From Dudresnaya verticillata (lineage: Eukaryota): a stretch of 36,001 nucleotides of DNA. The position numbers and the translations under genes are program-made. The first letter of the stretch is position 1. Each line of letters starts with the position of its first letter. Under the pieces are notes generated by a model, which was given only the letters and a program-made list of their open reading frames with translations, did no database searches and was not told the DNA's origin. Positions 32,425-36,001 of the stretch are shown one piece after another. Location of the stretch: NCBI GenBank assembly GCA_977862235.1, contig OZ374559.1, positions 3,100,001-3,136,001 of the forward strand. The letters are read 5' to 3'.

Positions 32425-34148
32425 ACCTGTTTATACTTTTCCAGCAGCTCCGAAAGCTTGTCGATGCCCTCATCAGACATACCCTGCTCACGACCGTCTC
32501 GAACCCGCGCCGCGAGAGCTGTATTGAGAACATCATCAGTGTCATCTCCTAGGTCAATGTACAGACCAGTATCATCCAAGCTGTCACTTTCCGTTCCACC
32601 TTCCCTATGAAATGTGCTCCCAAATTCATAATGAGACTCACGTAGTAAGCTTTGAATCGTGCCATTGTTCTGAGCCTGCCTTTGTGGCGAAGGATTAGAC
32701 TCCGGTACCAGCGTAGGCCGAAGTAGATCTGGTACATTCACAATCCCTTCGAACCGTTCACAGGCTGCCGCCAGCAGTTTTCGGTTATCTAATCCCAGTG
32801 CTTGCAGCACTGGGCGGCCGATGATGACAAATTTGGAGGGACGGTCACTAACCATCCACTCCATTCCTCTCATAATGAGTTTTGCAGCATGGCGAACCAG
32901 CAGAGTAACCGTAGCGTTCATCTTACGGCTACAAGGCAGTGAAGGGGCGGACTTGTCGACCGTTCCATAGTAGAATGTACCATCTAGAACTTCCATGTTG
33001 ACAGACGCATCAGCCTTCTGTATCTTGACTGCAACGTGTGGTGGGATCAAGTTTATGTCGGATCCTTGATCAGCAAGCGCGACAGCCTCCACAGCTCCAT
33101 TACAGAACGTAGCGGTAAATATGGAGGAGTTCTTGTCAGTTATGGGAGATGAGAGCTGCCCTATGTTTCCTTTGTCCCGCTTCTTATTTGCGTGATATGC
33201 GTCCAGCAATTTAACTTTCTCAACATCACCTGTATTGGGACAGTCGCGCATCCAATGATACCCATTGCACTTAGGATTAAGACACGAGGGAGCATCTCTT
33301 TTCTTTGCCGACGATCTCCCTATAGCACCAGAAGATGCCGGACGCATCCCCGCTCCCGACGCTCTTCCTGTGCGTGCCTTACGATCATCCGTTCGTATTG
33401 CCCGTAGGCGAGGATTTCCCTTCGAGGACTTAGAAGGCATGATCTTGTCAGTATCGGAATCATAATCTAGTCGAGCCCGCAATAACAGTGCGGCTGACTC
33501 GTGTCGATCCATTGCTTTGGCCTCCTTAGCCAATTCTCGCACGAATAGATTGAAATTGGCCTTAAACTCCTCTTTTCGTAGGCGGTATGTCAACTTCATG
33601 CGGCTGACAAGAAGGTCGTGCGAGATCCTCTTCAAGATATGCTGAACAGCTAAGTACGGTTGTTTCTCGATAAAGTTTGAATACCCGAGGTTGTCTAATG
33701 TATTTCTGTACATCAAGACAAGTTTCCAGATCTGCATCTCCAAGTTTTTGCCTTTTTCCATACGAACACCCCTCATGCCTTTCTCTAGTCGTGCTAAGTC
33801 AAAATCCTCAGGTTGAACCAATGCACGTTGCTGGATACAACGTTTCAGATGATCTTCGCTAATTTCCGATACCTTCTCGACTGGAACCCACTCCGCGGTG
33901 ATGAATATTTCCAGGATAGGGTCATCAATTGAACTGCGATATGTAGTCAAAGGAATCGAAGAGCCTTGTTCAACGCCCTTCTCCGTTACACGACGTTCAT
34001 ATATTTCCCGAAGCTGCTTGAATGCCACGAAAGCAGCGGTGTCAATGCCGCTGAGTCGGGGAGCTTCCAACGTTTCAACAATGGTCTGCTTGACAGTAGC
34101 TGCGGCGTCTGTGCTCGCCGCCGCGCTACGGGTGTTCTTCGGGGGCAT
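32376..34148 (-). CDS. gag: Gag-protease, 590 aa
   Basis: Zn knuckle CLNPKCNGYHWMRDC; aspartic protease ALADQGSDINLI..IIGRPVL. Confidence 0.88.
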   Translation of the reverse strand: MPPKNTRSAAASTDAAATVKQTIVETLEAPRLSGIDTAAFVAFKQLREIYERRVTEKGVEQGSSIPLTTYRSSIDDPILEIFITAEWVPVEKVSEISEDHLKRCIQQRALVQPEDFDLARLEKGMRGVRMEKGKNLEMQIWKLVLMYRNTLDNLGYSNFIEKQPYLAVQHILKRISHDLLVSRMKLTYRLRKEEFKANFNLFVRELAKEAKAMDRHESAALLLRARLDYDSDTDKIMPSKSSKGNPRLRAIRTDDRKARTGRASGAGMRPASSGAIGRSSAKKRDAPSCLNPKCNGYHWMRDCPNTGDVEKVKLLDAYHANKKRDKGNIGQLSSPITDKNSSIFTATFCNGAVEAVALADQGSDINLIPPHVAVKIQKADASVNMEVLDGTFYYGTVDKSAPSLPCSRKMNATVTLLVRHAAKLIMRGMEWMVSDRPSKFVIIGRPVLQALGLDNRKLLAAACERFEGIVNVPDLLRPTLVPESNPSPQRQAQNNGTIQSLLRESHYEFGSTFHREGGTESDSLDDTGLYIDLGDDTDDVLNTALAARVRDGREQGMSDEGIDKLSELLEKYKQVFASGWAKPDQPTWSQ

Positions 34149-34202
34149 CTTGCAGGTCCGCGGCTTCCAGAACCAAAGCCTCTCGATCGATAAAGTAATT
34201 AC

Positions 34203-34242
34203 TGTGGCAAACTCCGGTTCTTGAGCTGTCGGACCCTGGTAA
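34203..34242 (-). repeat. 40-bp remnant (inner end) of the 5' LTR
   Basis: tgtggcaaactccggttcttgagctgtcggaccctggtaa is identical to 28877-28916 and is followed immediately by telomere repeats. Confidence 0.93.
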
Positions 34243-36001
34243 GGGGTTTTAGGGGTTTTAGGGGTTTAGGGGTTTTAGGGGTTTAGGGTTTTAGGGGTTT
34301 TAGGGGTTTTAGGGGTTTTAGGGGTTTAGGGGTTATAGGGGTTTAGGGGTTTAGGGGTTTAGGGGTTTAGGGGTTTAGGGCTTTAGGGGTTTAGGGTTTA
34401 GGTTTAGGGTTTTAGGGTTTAGGGGTTTAGGGGTTTAGGGGTTTTAGGGGTTTAGGGGTTTAGGGGTTTAGGGGTTTAGGGGTTTTAGGGGTTTAGGGGT
34501 TTAGGGGTTTTTAGGGGTTTAGGGGTTTAGGGGTTTAGGGGTTTAGGGGTTTTAGGGGTTTTAGGGGTTTAGGGGTTTTAGGGGTTTAGGGGTTTTAGGG
34601 GTTTAGGGGTTTTAGGGGTTTTAGGGGTTTAGGGGTTTAGGGGTTTAGGGTTTAGGGGTTTTAGGGGTTTAGGGGTTTAGGGGTTTAGGGGTTTAGGGGT
34701 TTAGGGGTTTAGGGGTTTTAGGGGTTTAGGGGTTTTAGGGGTTTAGGGGTTTAGGGGTTTTAGGGGTTTAGGGGTTTAGGGGTTTAGGGGTTTAGGGGTT
34801 TAGGGGTTTAGGGGTTTTAGGGGTTTAGGGTTTAGGGGTTTTAGGGGTTTAGGGGTTTAGGGTTTAGGGGTTTAGGGGTTTAGGGGTTTAGGGGTTTAGG
34901 GGTTTAGGGGTTTAGGGGTTTAGGGGTTTTAGGGGTTTAGGGGTTTAGGGGTTTAGGGGTTTTAGGGGTTTTAGGGGTTTTTAGGGGTTTAGGGGTTTAG
35001 GGGTTTTAGGGGTTTAGGGGTTTAGGGGTTTAGGGGTTTAGGGGTTTAGGGGTTTAGGGGTTTAGGGGTTTAGGGGTTTAGGGGTTTAGGGGTTTAGGGG
35101 TTTAGGGGTTTAGGGGTTTAGGGGTTTAGGGGTTTAGGGGTTTAGGGGTTTAGGGGTTTAGGGGTTTAGGGGTTTAGGGGTTTAGGGGTTTAGGGGTTTA
35201 GGGGTTTAGGGGTTTAGGGGTTTTAGGGGTTTAGGGGTTTAGGGGTTTAGGGGTTTAGGGGTTTAGGGGTTTAGGGGTTTAGGGGTTTAGGGGTTTAGGG
35301 GTTTAGGGGTTTAGGGGTTTAGGGGTTTAGGGGTTTAGGGGTTTAGGGGTTTAGGGGTTTAGGGGTTTAGGGGTTTAGGGGTTTTAGGGGTTTAGGGGTT
35401 TAGGGGTTTAGGGGTTTAGGGGTTTAGGGGTTTAGGGGTTTAGGGGTTTAGGGGTTTAGGGGTTTAGGGGTTTAGGGGTTTAGGGGTTTAGGGGTTTAGG
35501 GGTTTAGGGGTTTAGGGGTTTAGGGGTTTAGGGGTTTAGGGGTTTAGGGGTTTAGGGGTTTAGGGGTTTAGGGGTTTAGGGGTTTAGGGGTTTAGGGGTT
35601 TAGGGGTTTAGGGGTTTAGGGGTTTAGGGGTTTAGGGGTTTAGGGGTTTAGGGGTTTAGGGGTTTAGGGGTTTAGGGGTTTAGGGGTTTAGGGGTTTAGG
35701 GGTTTAGGGGTTTAGGGGTTTAGGGGTTTAGGGGTTTAGGGGTTTTTAGGGGTTTAGGGGTTTAGGGGTTTAGGGGTTTAGGGGTTTAGGGGTTTAGGGG
35801 TTTAGGGGTTTAGGGGTTTAGGGGTTTTAGGGGTTTAGGGGTTTAGGGGTTTTAGGGGTTTAGGGGTTTAGGGGTTTAGGGGTTTAGGGGTTTAGGGGTT
35901 TAGGGGTTTAGGGGTTTAGGGGTTTAGGGGTTTAGGGGTTTAGGGGTTTTAGGGGTTTAGGGGTTTAGGGGTTTAGGGGTTTAGGGGTTTAGGGGTTTAG
36001 G
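34243..36001 (+). repeat. Telomere, (TTTAGGGG)n, G-rich strand running to the window end
   Basis: 1759 bp of T3AG4. Variants (T4AG4, T3AG3, TTATAGGGG at 34333, CTTTAGGGG at 34381) are concentrated proximally; the distal part is nearly homogeneous. Confidence 0.97.

Larger units (their letters stand above)
28877..34242 (-). mobile_element. Ty3/gypsy LTR retrotransposon with chromodomain integrase; 5' LTR truncated by telomere
   Basis: Order is gag-PR-RT-RH-IN-chromodomain. A 40-bp direct repeat starting TGT occurs at 28877-28916 and 34203-34242. Confidence 0.95.

Noticed and set aside
34158..34175. TGGTTCTGGAAGCCGCGG as a tRNA primer-binding site
   Set aside because: It lies ~27 nt from the LTR end instead of adjacent to it, and its complement does not resemble a T-arm/acceptor stem.

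Overview
This is the terminal 36 kb of a eukaryotic chromosome arm, ending in about 1.76 kb of (TTTAGGGG)n telomere. The host is probably a red alga; this is inferred from the gene and transposon styles and was not verified. The left ~25 kb is a segmentally duplicated subtelomeric array built around an intronless gene encoding Sel1-like repeats, a Roc GTPase, a COR domain, a Cys motif and a C-terminal TIR domain. There is one intact copy (7417-11223, minus), one frameshifted chimeric copy (15234-18911, minus) and two internally deleted relics. These are interleaved with three DRE-TIM/EF-hand pseudogenes, two cytochrome P450 pseudogenes and two hAT relics. The two long paralogues differ by one 111-bp Sel1 unit, by sharply clustered amino-acid changes in the Sel1 helices, and by a swapped COR-B/TIR half, which is the pattern expected of a diversifying immune receptor. 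The right ~10 kb holds a 5'-truncated CRE-like LINE, a second LINE RT fragment, and a near-intact chromodomain Ty3/gypsy element. The 5' LTR of that element is cut after 40 bp and capped directly by telomere repeats, suggesting chromosome healing. All domain calls come from motif reading by eye; no searches were run.
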